A DNA stretch of 64,000 bases from an uncultured bacterium (GTDB taxonomy: Bacteria > Bacteroidota > Bacteroidia > CAILMK01): assembly GCA_903829945.1 (NCBI GenBank), contig CAIKRV010000084.1, positions 6,869-70,868 on the forward strand. The letters run 5' to 3'. Below, piece by piece: positions 50,195 through 59,853 of this stretch. Numbering within the stretch: position 1 is the first letter of the stretch; the number at the start of each line of letters is the position of its first letter. A model generated the notes under the pieces. It was not told the origin of the DNA. It searched no databases and saw only the letters and a list, made by a program, of their open reading frames with translations. The translations under genes were made by a program, and so were the position numbers.

Positions 50195-50309
50195 TGGGCA
50201 AAGTTAAGAAATTGACATCTAAATAGGTCTGTCGGGTTAAACTTTGCTTAATGCCTATTCATTATGCCTGAAAAAATACAGCCTTACGCTATACTCAAAA
50301 TAAATTATT

Positions 50310-51680
50310 TTAATCTTTTTCCAGTGTTTTTCGAATCCGCCATTCAGCGGGATAATGATTATTAATACGATTACCGATATTCTTGGCCCAGCCTAGCGCT
50401 ACGCCTTGATAGGTATATAAAAACCATCCCTTAGCTAAGCCTTCAACGGGGGGCATTGCCTGCCTTTGTTGATATTCCAAAGCCTTTCTCTGGTCTAATG
50501 CTACACAAGGAATGGACAAATCATATAATCCTGACATCGCTAAATCATGGTCAGGAATAAAAACGCCGCGTATTAAAACCCCGGCCTGAATACCCAGTTT
50601 TTTAATTTCCAATTTGGATCTTAAAAACAACATATCTACCTCCAAGTGTTTGGGCAATAAATAGACTTGTTCGTGGTCTATATAAATATTAAAACTGATC
50701 GCTTCCCCAATAAATTGATTAATAATTTCTAATTCGGATGCATTGGGCTTGCGCAATGAAGTTTTGGCCGGTTTCCCATGATATACATTCGAATTAAATT
50801 GAGAACGTAAGGCGGCTACAAATAAACCCTCTCCTTTAACCTTATGAGGAAAACAATAATAGCCCTTCTGGATTTTATCATCCTCAATTACTTCAATTTC
50901 AGTCATACCCCAATCCGCTGCTGATGAAATTTCCAAGGGCATTAAGGCGTCTCCATGGCTCTGATATAATTTTTGAAAATGATTTTCATTCTCATCGGCT
51001 TCAAATGTACAGGTAGAATATACCAATATCCCATCCGGCGCTAATAATGGAATAGCCTGTTCTAAAATATGCTCCTGAATAGCGCTGCATTGTGCTACTA
51101 AGCCTTCCGACCATTGTGCAATGGCATCCTGATCTTTACGGAACATACCTTCGCCGGAACAAGGTGCATCCACTAAAATAACATCAAAAAATCCAATTAA
51201 TCCCGAAAAATCCTCCGCCTTATTTTTAGTAATAATAAGATTAGGATATCCCCATTTAATGAGGTTCTCCTGCAAAATGGAATTGCGTTTGCCCACCATT
51301 TCATTACTGACCAATAAACTTCCTTTACTGAGGAAAGAAAGAAGTAATGAGCTTTTTCCGCCGGGTGCAGCACATAAATCTAAAACTTTTAAATCCTTTG
51401 AAAAATCAATCACATTTGCAAAAAACATGGATGATGCTTCCTGTGCATAATAAGCACCTGCGTGATATAAAGGATCAAAAACAAATGCCGGCCTTTCTTT
51501 TAAATATTTACCATATTCGCACCAAGGCACCGGCTCTTCGTCTGAAAAAAGATGCTTGCCTTTGCGCGGATTAATCCGAATGGAAACAGGAACTTTATTA
51601 TTTAAGGCATTGAAGAAGGCCGGTGCCTCTTCCCCTAAACGTGCTTCGATTTTTGAAATAAATATTTTTGGTAATGACAT
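50310..51680 (-). CDS. RsmB/NOP-family RNA m5C methyltransferase (RsmF-like, no NusB domain)
   Basis: DLCAAPGGKS and DAPCSGEGMFRK motifs. Confidence 0.8.
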   Translation of the reverse strand: MSLPKIFISKIEARLGEEAPAFFNALNNKVPVSIRINPRKGKHLFSDEEPVPWCEYGKYLKERPAFVFDPLYHAGAYYAQEASSMFFANVIDFSKDLKVLDLCAAPGGKSSLLLSFLSKGSLLVSNEMVGKRNSILQENLIKWGYPNLIITKNKAEDFSGLIGFFDVILVDAPCSGEGMFRKDQDAIAQWSEGLVAQCSAIQEHILEQAIPLLAPDGILVYSTCTFEADENENHFQKLYQSHGDALMPLEISSAADWGMTEIEVIEDDKIQKGYYCFPHKVKGEGLFVAALRSQFNSNVYHGKPAKTSLRKPNASELEIINQFIGEAISFNIYIDHEQVYLLPKHLEVDMLFLRSKLEIKKLGIQAGVLIRGVFIPDHDLAMSGLYDLSIPCVALDQRKALEYQQRQAMPPVEGLAKGWFLYTYQGVALGWAKNIGNRINNHYPAEWRIRKTLEKD

Positions 51681-51682
51681 TT

Positions 51683-52693
51683 TTATTCGTAAAGTAAACT
51701 ACAACCCCTTAAGTCAGAATTATCAAAACGACCAAGTACTTCAAAGGTATCTTCATTATGTAATTTACCCAAATCTTTTACTGCAATAAAACTACATGAA
51801 AATAAATTAGCGAGATCAATAATATTAATACCCCCGGTTTGCCCTTGGGGAACATAAGAAAAAGGATCATTCACTTCCCTGATTAATATACGCATCCAAG
51901 GACTACTGTGGTATATGCCATTCCCTTTGGAATAGGCTTGCGAAAGTAATTCAGTCATTCCATATTCCGAATGAATGGTATTTACCTTAAATTTATCCAT
52001 CAAGATGGCATGAAGTTCCTCACGTATTAATTCAGTTCTTCGACCCTTCATGCCCCCGGTTTCCATGACAATTACATCACTCAAATCTATTTGAAATTGC
52101 TCCGCAAAATCCAACAAAGCAAAGCTGACGCCCATTAAAAATTTCTTCTTAGTGCTTTTTATGACTAAGGCATTTGCCAATGCTTCATGATTATATAAAT
52201 ACCAGTGATTATTTCCATTTCCGCTTTCAGCCATCAAAAAATGCATCATATAAACCAAGGAAGAATTTTCTCTTTCTGCATAAGCCGGTAAAAGTGCATA
52301 AAAAATATAATCTTTTACAGATCCGTAAGCATCTTCAAAAGCTTTTAAAATGGCTTGCTGATAAATTTCTTCCTCTGCTAAATAGTGCTTTGCATGATTG
52401 ATTCCGGTAGTGCCGCTGCTTTGAAAATACCGGCCTACTTCCATATTTTCCGTTATTATCGGTTCATTTTTAAAAAATTCTACCGGTAAAAATGGAATTT
52501 CTTCAACTTTTTTGATTGAAGAAGGGTTTATATCCAAGTATTCAAGATATTTGCGATATAAGTTAACATGCCTAGCCTGAAATTGAAATACTTCCAAAGC
52601 AAGTTCGTTAAAAGCTTCAGGAGCAGAATAAAAAATTCTGTTCTTCAGGCTGTTTATTTCGGAAGTAGTCATAGCTTGAGAAAAATCTTGCAA
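51683..52693 (-). CDS. LuxE-like acyl-protein synthetase / adenylate-forming (ANL-type) enzyme
   Basis: SSGTTG adenylation-core motif. The ~340-aa size and the motif spacing resemble the LuxE/F390-synthetase family. Confidence 0.5.
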   Translation of the reverse strand: MQDFSQAMTTSEINSLKNRIFYSAPEAFNELALEVFQFQARHVNLYRKYLEYLDINPSSIKKVEEIPFLPVEFFKNEPIITENMEVGRYFQSSGTTGINHAKHYLAEEEIYQQAILKAFEDAYGSVKDYIFYALLPAYAERENSSLVYMMHFLMAESGNGNNHWYLYNHEALANALVIKSTKKKFLMGVSFALLDFAEQFQIDLSDVIVMETGGMKGRRTELIREELHAILMDKFKVNTIHSEYGMTELLSQAYSKGNGIYHSSPWMRILIREVNDPFSYVPQGQTGGINIIDLANLFSCSFIAVKDLGKLHNEDTFEVLGRFDNSDLRGCSLLYE

Positions 52694-53194
52694 ATATCTA
52701 TTTTTTTCATCGGATGTACACTACTTATAGCAGGATGTTATAAACGGGAAATTTTTTCAATTGTTCCTGAAATAAGCTTAGGGAGTTACAATATGGTTCA
52801 TGTAGGTGATGGCATTGACTCCTTTTCATTTACGCTTAACTATAAAGATGGTGACGGAGATATAGGGTACAAACCGACCGATACGTATAAACCCTATGAT
52901 ACCGGAAGCTATTTTTATTCTTGTTTATTTATCCAGTACCTGGAATTGCAAAATGGTCACTATGTATATGTAAAGGATCCTTTATACAATATTGACACGA
53001 TCCAATATTCATTTCGATTGCCGGCTTTAAACAATTTAAACAGACCTCAGCCCATCAGCGGCAATATAAATTTCGGAATTTATTTGAATCATAAAACTAT
53101 TTATAAAACATTTAAATTCAGAATATTACTTTTTGATAAGGCCCTCCATGAAAGCAATATTATTGAAACCCCTCCTATGCAGCGCGGCAATTAA
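52688..53194 (+). CDS. Hypothetical lipoprotein
   Basis: Probable TTG start giving LQISIFFIGCTLLIAGCYK (lipobox). The track ORF begins 120 nt earlier and overlaps the LuxE-like gene. Confidence 0.4.
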   Translation: MQISIFFIGCTLLIAGCYKREIFSIVPEISLGSYNMVHVGDGIDSFSFTLNYKDGDGDIGYKPTDTYKPYDTGSYFYSCLFIQYLELQNGHYVYVKDPLYNIDTIQYSFRLPALNNLNRPQPISGNINFGIYLNHKTIYKTFKFRILLFDKALHESNIIETPPMQRGN

Positions 53195-54415
53195 TTATTC
53201 ATAACGCAATGCCTCGATAGGACGCATATGGGCGGCTTTTCGTGCCGGTAAATATCCAAATATAATACCGATAAAGGTTGCCGATCCAAAGGCAAATATG
53301 ACGGAATTAGTAGTAATGATTATGGGCCATCCGGCAAAAAGTCCTACTAAATTTGAAAATAACACACCTAATCCCAATCCGATAAAGCCACCGATTAAGC
53401 TTAAAAATACGGCTTCTATCAGGAATTGTAATAAAATATCTTTCCCTTTTGCGCCAATGGCCATTCTTAGTCCTATTTCACGGGTACGCTCGGTAATGGA
53501 AACCAACATGATATTCATAATTCCAATACCGCCAACGATTAAAGAAATAAAGGCCATAATGGTTAATAATACGCCCAAAACAGTACTGATGGAGCCAAAT
53601 ATATTACTGATTTCTGATTGTGTACGAATAGTAAAATCGGCATCCTCGGGATCCAAAATTTTATGCCTTTGCATCAAAATTTCAGTAATTTCATCCACTG
53701 CTTTATTGGTCACTTTTTCATTGGTAGAAGAAGCAATTATTTGTCCTACATTAGTGGTTCCCAACATTCTTTTCTGAACGGTATAAAATGGGCCGAGAAT
53801 AACATCATCTTGGTCCTGCCCAAAGCTATTTTGCCCTTTTTTCTCTAAAATACCAATCACTCTAAAAGGAATTTTATTAATTCGTATGGTTTGTCCTAAG
53901 GCATTGGCCCCGGCACCAAATAAATTGGTAACGACCGTTTCACCGATGATGCAAACTTTAGCACTGCTTTTATTTTCGGCCATGGTAAAGCAAGTACCCT
54001 TTGGGATTTTAAGATTCCTAACGGTAAAATATTCAGTATTGACGCCGAAAATTGAAGTATGCCAGTTTTGAGAACCATAAACTGTTTGTGCGGAAGTTCG
54101 TACAATTGGAGAAAGTGCAGAAATATCCGGACAAAACTCTCGGATGGCATCAGCATCTTCAACCGTCATATTTTGACCGGTACCGGCATCCGAACGTACG
54201 CCGCCGTTATTTTGAGCGCCCGGCATAATCATAATTGCATTTACACCCAAACTTGAAAAGGATGATTTAATACTTGAACTCGATCCTTCACCGATGCCCA
54301 TCATGGTAACAATCGAGGCCACGCCTATAATAATACCAATCATGGTAAGAATGGTTCTCAATTTGTTCTTCATTAAAGAACGATAGGCTATTTTTATCAG
54401 ATTGGAAAATCGCAT
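53195..54415 (-). CDS. MacB-type ABC transporter permease (N-terminal TM + periplasmic MacB_PCD + FtsX 3-TM C-terminus)
   Basis: 406 aa. It has 1 N-terminal TM, a ~220-aa periplasmic domain and a C-terminal FtsX-like 3-TM bundle. Confidence 0.85.
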   Translation of the reverse strand: MRFSNLIKIAYRSLMKNKLRTILTMIGIIIGVASIVTMMGIGEGSSSSIKSSFSSLGVNAIMIMPGAQNNGGVRSDAGTGQNMTVEDADAIREFCPDISALSPIVRTSAQTVYGSQNWHTSIFGVNTEYFTVRNLKIPKGTCFTMAENKSSAKVCIIGETVVTNLFGAGANALGQTIRINKIPFRVIGILEKKGQNSFGQDQDDVILGPFYTVQKRMLGTTNVGQIIASSTNEKVTNKAVDEITEILMQRHKILDPEDADFTIRTQSEISNIFGSISTVLGVLLTIMAFISLIVGGIGIMNIMLVSITERTREIGLRMAIGAKGKDILLQFLIEAVFLSLIGGFIGLGLGVLFSNLVGLFAGWPIIITTNSVIFAFGSATFIGIIFGYLPARKAAHMRPIEALRYE

Positions 54416-54416
54416 A

Positions 54417-55169
54417 TCAAATAGTAATTTCTTTAGGTGGTAGTTTTTTTAATTCTTCAGTAGCATTTCGAGGATTTGCAACCATTTCATCTTTAAAGAT
54501 ACTACCATCTCTAAAATGGACATTACGTTTAGTAAATTCTGCAATGTCCGGTTCATGAGTTACCAAAGCAATTGTTTTTCCTAAGGCATTCATTTTTTGA
54601 AATATTTCCATTACTTCAAAGGAAGTTCGGGTGTCCAAATTACCGGTAGGTTCATCCGCAAGTATTAAAACCGGATCATTAACAATAGCTCGGGCAATGG
54701 CAACCCGCTGTTGCTGTCCACCTGATAATTGATTCGGCATAGAGGCGGCTCTTTCTAATAATCCAACCGATCTTAAGGCCTCCAAAGCACGTTCACGTCT
54801 TTCCTTAGCATTTATGTTCGGATTATAAAGCATAGGCAATTCTACATTTTCAATGGCGGGTGTCCTAGGCAATAAATTGTATGCTTGAAATACAAATCCG
54901 ATTTTTTGATTTCTTAAATCTGCCAATTGATTGGCGGTATTTTTTTTCACATCGATGCCATCTAAGAAATAGTCCCCGGAAGTAGCTACATCCAAGCATC
55001 CCAAAATATTCATAATAGTACTTTTCCCGGAACCGCTCGGTCCCATGATAGCTACAAATTCATTTTCATAAATTTTAAGACTAGTCCCTCTAAGCGCCTT
55101 GACCACAATATCACCCATGGTATAGGTCTTGGTTAAATCTCTGGTTTCTATGACCGGCTTATCATTCAT
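54417..55169 (-). CDS. ABC transporter ATP-binding protein (MacB/LolD type)
   Basis: Walker [10 protein letters not shown], signature [14 protein letters not shown], Walker [13 protein letters not shown]. The start is taken as the internal ATG (MNDKPVIE). The track start overlaps the upstream MFP gene. Confidence 0.9.
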   Translation of the reverse strand: MNDKPVIETRDLTKTYTMGDIVVKALRGTSLKIYENEFVAIMGPSGSGKSTIMNILGCLDVATSGDYFLDGIDVKKNTANQLADLRNQKIGFVFQAYNLLPRTPAIENVELPMLYNPNINAKERRERALEALRSVGLLERAASMPNQLSGGQQQRVAIARAIVNDPVLILADEPTGNLDTRTSFEVMEIFQKMNALGKTIALVTHEPDIAEFTKRNVHFRDGSIFKDEMVANPRNATEELKKLPPKEITI

Positions 55170-55170
55170 G

Positions 55171-56364
55171 TTATTTTTTCTTTGCGCCGAATTTAGGCAT
55201 GAAAGGACTTCTGGCCGGACCTGCATGGCCTATCACTTCTGATTCTGTTACTACATCATCTCCTTCCTTTATTGGTCCCATTATTTCAGTATAGTTACCA
55301 TCAGAAATACCTAAAGTAACCTCTACTGCTGAAACTTTATTATCCTTGTTTTTAATCCAAATATTTTGTTTTGAACCCGGTAAATAATAATTCGGTGCAG
55401 ATGATTTCTTAGAAGAATCAGGAGCAGGGATATTATTAATTAAATAATATTCAGTAGGAGGAACATATTTTATGGCTTTGCTTTGAATTTTCAAAACATT
55501 CTTATGATTCTTGACATGAATGGTAATATTGGTCGTCATTCCCGGCATTAATTTTAAATCCTTATTCGGAACGTCAATGACCACAGTATAAGTAACTACA
55601 TTTTGAACAGTGGTGGGCTGTAATCGTATTTGGGTAACTTTACCGTCAAATACATCCGTTTGATAGGCATCTACCGTAAAGGTTACTTCTTGGTTTAACT
55701 GTACATCTCCTATATCAGCTTCGTCAACACTGGCTAAAACCTGCATTTTGGTAAGATCATTGGCAATGGTAAATAATGTAGGTGTACTAAAACTAGCAGC
55801 CACTGTTTGTCCCACATCCACAGCCCTGGAAATGACCACCCCGTCAATTGGGGCATAAATGGTAGCATAATTAAGATTAATTTGAGCTCTGTTGAGCTGC
55901 GCAATGGCTGAACGCTCTACTGCTACTGCCGTTTCATAATTAGAAACTGACATATCATAATCGGATTGTGCAATGGCTTTTGCAGCCAGCAATTTTGTAT
56001 TTCTTTCATAATCCCTCGTAGTTTGGGTAACTGCTGCATGCGCTTTGGCTAAATTAGCTTTAGCATCTTCTAAAGCAGCTATTAAAGGAGTTTTATCCAA
56101 TTCAGCTACGATTTGACCTTTTTTAACATGGGAATTAAAATCAACATTTAGTTTATTAATAATACCGGATACCTGCGTACCCACTTGTACTGTGGTTACT
56201 GCACTCAATGTTCCGGTTGCCGTTACATTCAAGTTTACATCGCCGCGCTGTACCTTTGCAGTGGTCCAATTAATGCTTAACTTATTATTGCACGAATAAG
56301 AAATTAAGCTTAGGGCAATTATACTGAGCAGTGAAATGCCGGATAAAAATTTATTTTTAATCAT
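55171..56364 (-). CDS. Efflux transporter periplasmic adaptor (MFP, HlyD/MacA family)
   Basis: Signal-anchor/lipoprotein-like N-terminus (SLLSIIALSLISYSC), a coiled-coil hairpin, and beta-barrel/MP domains. The start is chosen at the internal ATG to avoid overlap with the tolC-like gene. Confidence 0.8.
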   Translation of the reverse strand: MIKNKFLSGISLLSIIALSLISYSCNNKLSINWTTAKVQRGDVNLNVTATGTLSAVTTVQVGTQVSGIINKLNVDFNSHVKKGQIVAELDKTPLIAALEDAKANLAKAHAAVTQTTRDYERNTKLLAAKAIAQSDYDMSVSNYETAVAVERSAIAQLNRAQINLNYATIYAPIDGVVISRAVDVGQTVAASFSTPTLFTIANDLTKMQVLASVDEADIGDVQLNQEVTFTVDAYQTDVFDGKVTQIRLQPTTVQNVVTYTVVIDVPNKDLKLMPGMTTNITIHVKNHKNVLKIQSKAIKYVPPTEYYLINNIPAPDSSKKSSAPNYYLPGSKQNIWIKNKDNKVSAVEVTLGISDGNYTEIMGPIKEGDDVVTESEVIGHAGPARSPFMPKFGAKKK

Positions 56365-56374
56365 TGTATTTTTC

Positions 56375-57811
56375 TTAGAGTGATATTGGTTTTCCAAGAT
56401 AGAAATCAAGTACTTTTTGTTTGAAGATAAAATCATATTTGGCTTGAATCAAGGCAGATTTTGCTTGAATATAATTACTATTCTCTATAAATAAATCATT
56501 TGCAGTGGAGAATCCTTGGTTAAACCTCGCCAAAATATTATTATATGAAATTTGAGAATAATCTACTTGTTCTTGCGTAGCAATATATTTTTTGCCGGCA
56601 GCTTTTAAATCGGTATAGGCTTGTTCTACGCTTTTGCGTAAATCATTCATGGTGCTTTTTTGATTTAACTGCACTTGTTCAATATTTACTTTAGCACGAT
56701 CCACGCCGGCCTTGGTTTGTAAATTTGTAAATATAGGTACGCTCAAGGAAAACAATAAAGCTTGTCCAAAATTATCACCTACTTGACGCGTAAAAGAATA
56801 AGGGCTTGAAATAGGTGTTAAAGTGCTGGTATTAACAGTTACTATTTCAGTAGGATTACTTTTTAAAAAGGCAATATCCCGGGGGGTGATGACAGGCTCG
56901 TAAGAAATTAAATTACGAGCACTAGAATAACTTGAAGTTAAGCTGCCGCCTAAGGTTAATTTTGGGAGATAGGCTCCTTTACTGATATTATAACTCATTG
57001 CAGCGCTTTGAACTTGCAAATCTGCGCCTTTTATTTGAGGCTGATTGCCTAAGGCCACTTTATAAATCTGATCTGTTGTAGAAGAAGTATCGATTAACGG
57101 AATTCCGTTTAATACCGGAATTTCTATTGTAAAATCATCAGAAGCAGGCAATTCCATCAATTGTTCCAAGGTTAGCTTTGCCAGGGCAATTTGATTTTCC
57201 GCTGTTATTTCTTGTGATTTATACCCGGCTAATTGCGACTTTAATTGGTACAAGTTAGCTTCCGCCAATTTGCCCACGTCCACCATTATTTTTGTTTTGT
57301 CAACATTTATTTGTGCAGCAGCCACCTGACTTTGGGCCACTGCTAATTGTTCTTGTGCCAGAAGAATTTGTAAATAGGCACCGGCAACATTTAAAGCAAT
57401 ATCATTTTTGGTTTTTTCTATTTGCTGTTTTCCGGCATCTACATCCAGACCATATTTTTTAATGGTATTGCGGTATTGAAAACCGTTAAATAAAACAACA
57501 TTTGAATTGAGTCCAAAATTATTACTTCTAACCGACTCATTTACATACTGATAAGTAGATGGATCCAAGGAACGACCAAAATTAAATCCTTGTGATGCAC
57601 TTCCATTTAAATTGGGATACAGCGCAGCTTTGGATTGATATTCATTAATGCTATTTAAGGAGTTGTTGGAAATAGTCAATTTTAATTGAATATTTTCTTG
57701 CCAAGCCCTATCAATACATTCTCTTAGATTCCAAACTTTTTTTTGTGCGTATGTGCCTGTACTGAAAAGCAATACAAAGAATAGGCTTATTTTTAAGTTT
57801 CGCATAGGCAA
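56375..57811 (-). CDS. TolC-family outer membrane efflux protein
   Basis: 478 aa with a signal peptide. Duplicated coiled-coil/beta repeats are typical of outer-membrane factors. Confidence 0.8.
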   Translation of the reverse strand: MPMRNLKISLFFVLLFSTGTYAQKKVWNLRECIDRAWQENIQLKLTISNNSLNSINEYQSKAALYPNLNGSASQGFNFGRSLDPSTYQYVNESVRSNNFGLNSNVVLFNGFQYRNTIKKYGLDVDAGKQQIEKTKNDIALNVAGAYLQILLAQEQLAVAQSQVAAAQINVDKTKIMVDVGKLAEANLYQLKSQLAGYKSQEITAENQIALAKLTLEQLMELPASDDFTIEIPVLNGIPLIDTSSTTDQIYKVALGNQPQIKGADLQVQSAAMSYNISKGAYLPKLTLGGSLTSSYSSARNLISYEPVITPRDIAFLKSNPTEIVTVNTSTLTPISSPYSFTRQVGDNFGQALLFSLSVPIFTNLQTKAGVDRAKVNIEQVQLNQKSTMNDLRKSVEQAYTDLKAAGKKYIATQEQVDYSQISYNNILARFNQGFSTANDLFIENSNYIQAKSALIQAKYDFIFKQKVLDFYLGKPISL

Positions 57812-57999
57812 AGTTTACATTTTATTACAGAATAAAAAACTGATTTTCAACAAAGATTGAAATTATTCTTTTTACTGTAAACGATTCAATAGTTTGCTTA
57901 GAAACGATTGAGTCATAATAATGTTACAATTGGCTATGACGTTTGAAGCTTAAAAAAATTGTATCGAATTAAAGATAAATATTTAGTTCCGATAATAAC

Positions 58000-59823
58000 T
58001 TATTTACCGAGTTTTTTTAGGATTCTGATTTTCCTTTCAAAACTCATTCCGCTGATTAATCCATATTCGGAAACTGCTGCAATTTCAAAGGTATATTCCT
58101 TGCCGTACTCCATGGGCGGAGATACCCATTTTCTTGCATCCTTCGTCAGTGTTTTCTCGGTAACAATCAGTTTTTTGTTTTGGTAAACCTGAAATCCTTT
58201 TAAATCAGGAATATTTTCATAACGCCATTCCAAGACTACCCTATTGCTATCTACCTTGATTGGCCATAAATTCGGAAATGGCATCACGCGGGTCGGGGAA
58301 AAGACTTCTATTACTTTACAAGGCTCACTTTCATATTTATACTTACTTTGTGCAGACACCTGAAATTTGTACTTTGCCCCTATGGAATTATATACTTCGT
58401 ATCGATATTGATTATCTTTAATTAAAGGAATAGAAGCCTCCATTAATAATTTTTCGGACGGAGGAAAATTTGCATAAATATGATAGCCCAAAGTCAAAGT
58501 ATCTTCCATTGATTTTCCATCCCAGGCCAAACTGATGTATTGATGTCCTTTTTCTGAAATGAATTTACCTGTTAAATTCTTAGGCACCGGAGGATTAATA
58601 ATAGGATTATAAACAAATAATACTTCATTACTCCAACCTACAAATGAAGGATCATCAGTAATCACCGTTACACGATAAGCATAATAGCCCATTACATCTT
58701 TAGGTCCGATATCGGAAAATGATCTTGTAGCAACAGGCAATACTTCAGAAATTTTCTTAAAGACATAATTTTTATCCGCACGTTCCACAATAAAGCCTTT
58801 TAAAAAAGGTTCTTCTTCCTTTTTAAACTCCCAATTAACCACTACTTCCGGGGGTACACCGGGACTAATCATGGTTTTAAATTCTTTTAAATTAGGTAAA
58901 ACGTATTTGTGGTATGCTTTCACAGGATCAAATATGGCACTTATCCGTTGACCTTCTGAACCGAAAAGATTTATAGGTGCAACGGCATAGGTATAAAGTT
59001 TACCTTCCTCGGCGGTCATATCATAGTAATAAAGTTCTGCCTTTTCTTTTTCAGTACCAATCCAAACCGGACTTTTATTTAGCTTTTCAAAAGCACCGTC
59101 ACCCTTTTGACGATAAACATTAAAGCCATTTAAATTCAATTTATTGTATTCTTTTACATCCACATTCCAAACCACTTCAATTTTAGTTTTTTTATCGGTT
59201 GCCCGCGTAGTAATTTCAATGGGTATAGACAAATTCAATTTTTCACCATAGGTCCAAATAAAGCTCTGTACCGGCTCCTCGGAAGTTTTACCATTAATAA
59301 CTGTAAATAAACCATACTCATATACTTCATCAAAGGGCATATTTTTATCTATTAAAGCAAATCCGGATAATAATGCAATATTATAATCCAAGCCAAATGC
59401 CAATCGCAAATTTTGCAAGGTATTGGGATCATTTTTAACTTGATTATAAAACTCCTTTTTTGAAAATAGCTTTAGACTAAAAAAGGATTTTTTATCCTTT
59501 GTGGTGTAGTTATTCAGTGTTTCTTTTAGTTGGGCAATACTTTCTTTATCGCTCAGTATATTGTCATAATCTTTAGATAAGCTTATTTCAGGATATATTA
59601 ATGATTTACTAAGATCCACCCATTTGGATTGTTTGCCTTCCGTAATAATTCGACGTTTAACGATAAAGCCTTCCAATTTATCCTGCCAAACATCAGCGTA
59701 CCATAATAATTTGACGGTATTTTTATTTCCTTCACCGTATAAATGGTAAGCATTATTTTGTTGTCCGTGAATTGTAAAAACACTGGTTAATGTTATTATA
59801 AAAATGAGATAAATTCTATGCAT
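58000..59823 (-). CDS. Secreted protein with ~5 fibronectin-type-III-like repeats
   Basis: Signal peptide (TSVFTIHGQ). The repeated pattern LxW...(L/K)GFxVYR occurs 5 times (VKLLWYAD...GFIVKRR, IEVVWNVD...GFNVYRQ, VVVNWEF...GFIVERA, ISLAWDG...GYHIYAN, VVLEWRY...GFQVYQN). Confidence 0.55.
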   Translation of the reverse strand: MHRIYLIFIITLTSVFTIHGQQNNAYHLYGEGNKNTVKLLWYADVWQDKLEGFIVKRRIITEGKQSKWVDLSKSLIYPEISLSKDYDNILSDKESIAQLKETLNNYTTKDKKSFFSLKLFSKKEFYNQVKNDPNTLQNLRLAFGLDYNIALLSGFALIDKNMPFDEVYEYGLFTVINGKTSEEPVQSFIWTYGEKLNLSIPIEITTRATDKKTKIEVVWNVDVKEYNKLNLNGFNVYRQKGDGAFEKLNKSPVWIGTEKEKAELYYYDMTAEEGKLYTYAVAPINLFGSEGQRISAIFDPVKAYHKYVLPNLKEFKTMISPGVPPEVVVNWEFKKEEEPFLKGFIVERADKNYVFKKISEVLPVATRSFSDIGPKDVMGYYAYRVTVITDDPSFVGWSNEVLFVYNPIINPPVPKNLTGKFISEKGHQYISLAWDGKSMEDTLTLGYHIYANFPPSEKLLMEASIPLIKDNQYRYEVYNSIGAKYKFQVSAQSKYKYESEPCKVIEVFSPTRVMPFPNLWPIKVDSNRVVLEWRYENIPDLKGFQVYQNKKLIVTEKTLTKDARKWVSPPMEYGKEYTFEIAAVSEYGLISGMSFERKIRILKKLGK

Positions 59824-59853
59824 TGTATAGGGGTGCTATAAAATTATTGGGAC

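Noticed and set aside
50195-50309. Possible lysine riboswitch upstream of lysA
   Set aside because: Only ~115 nt separate lysA from the upstream gene. A -7 box sits 4 nt before the ATG, suggesting a leaderless mRNA. There is no room for a ~180-nt L-box.
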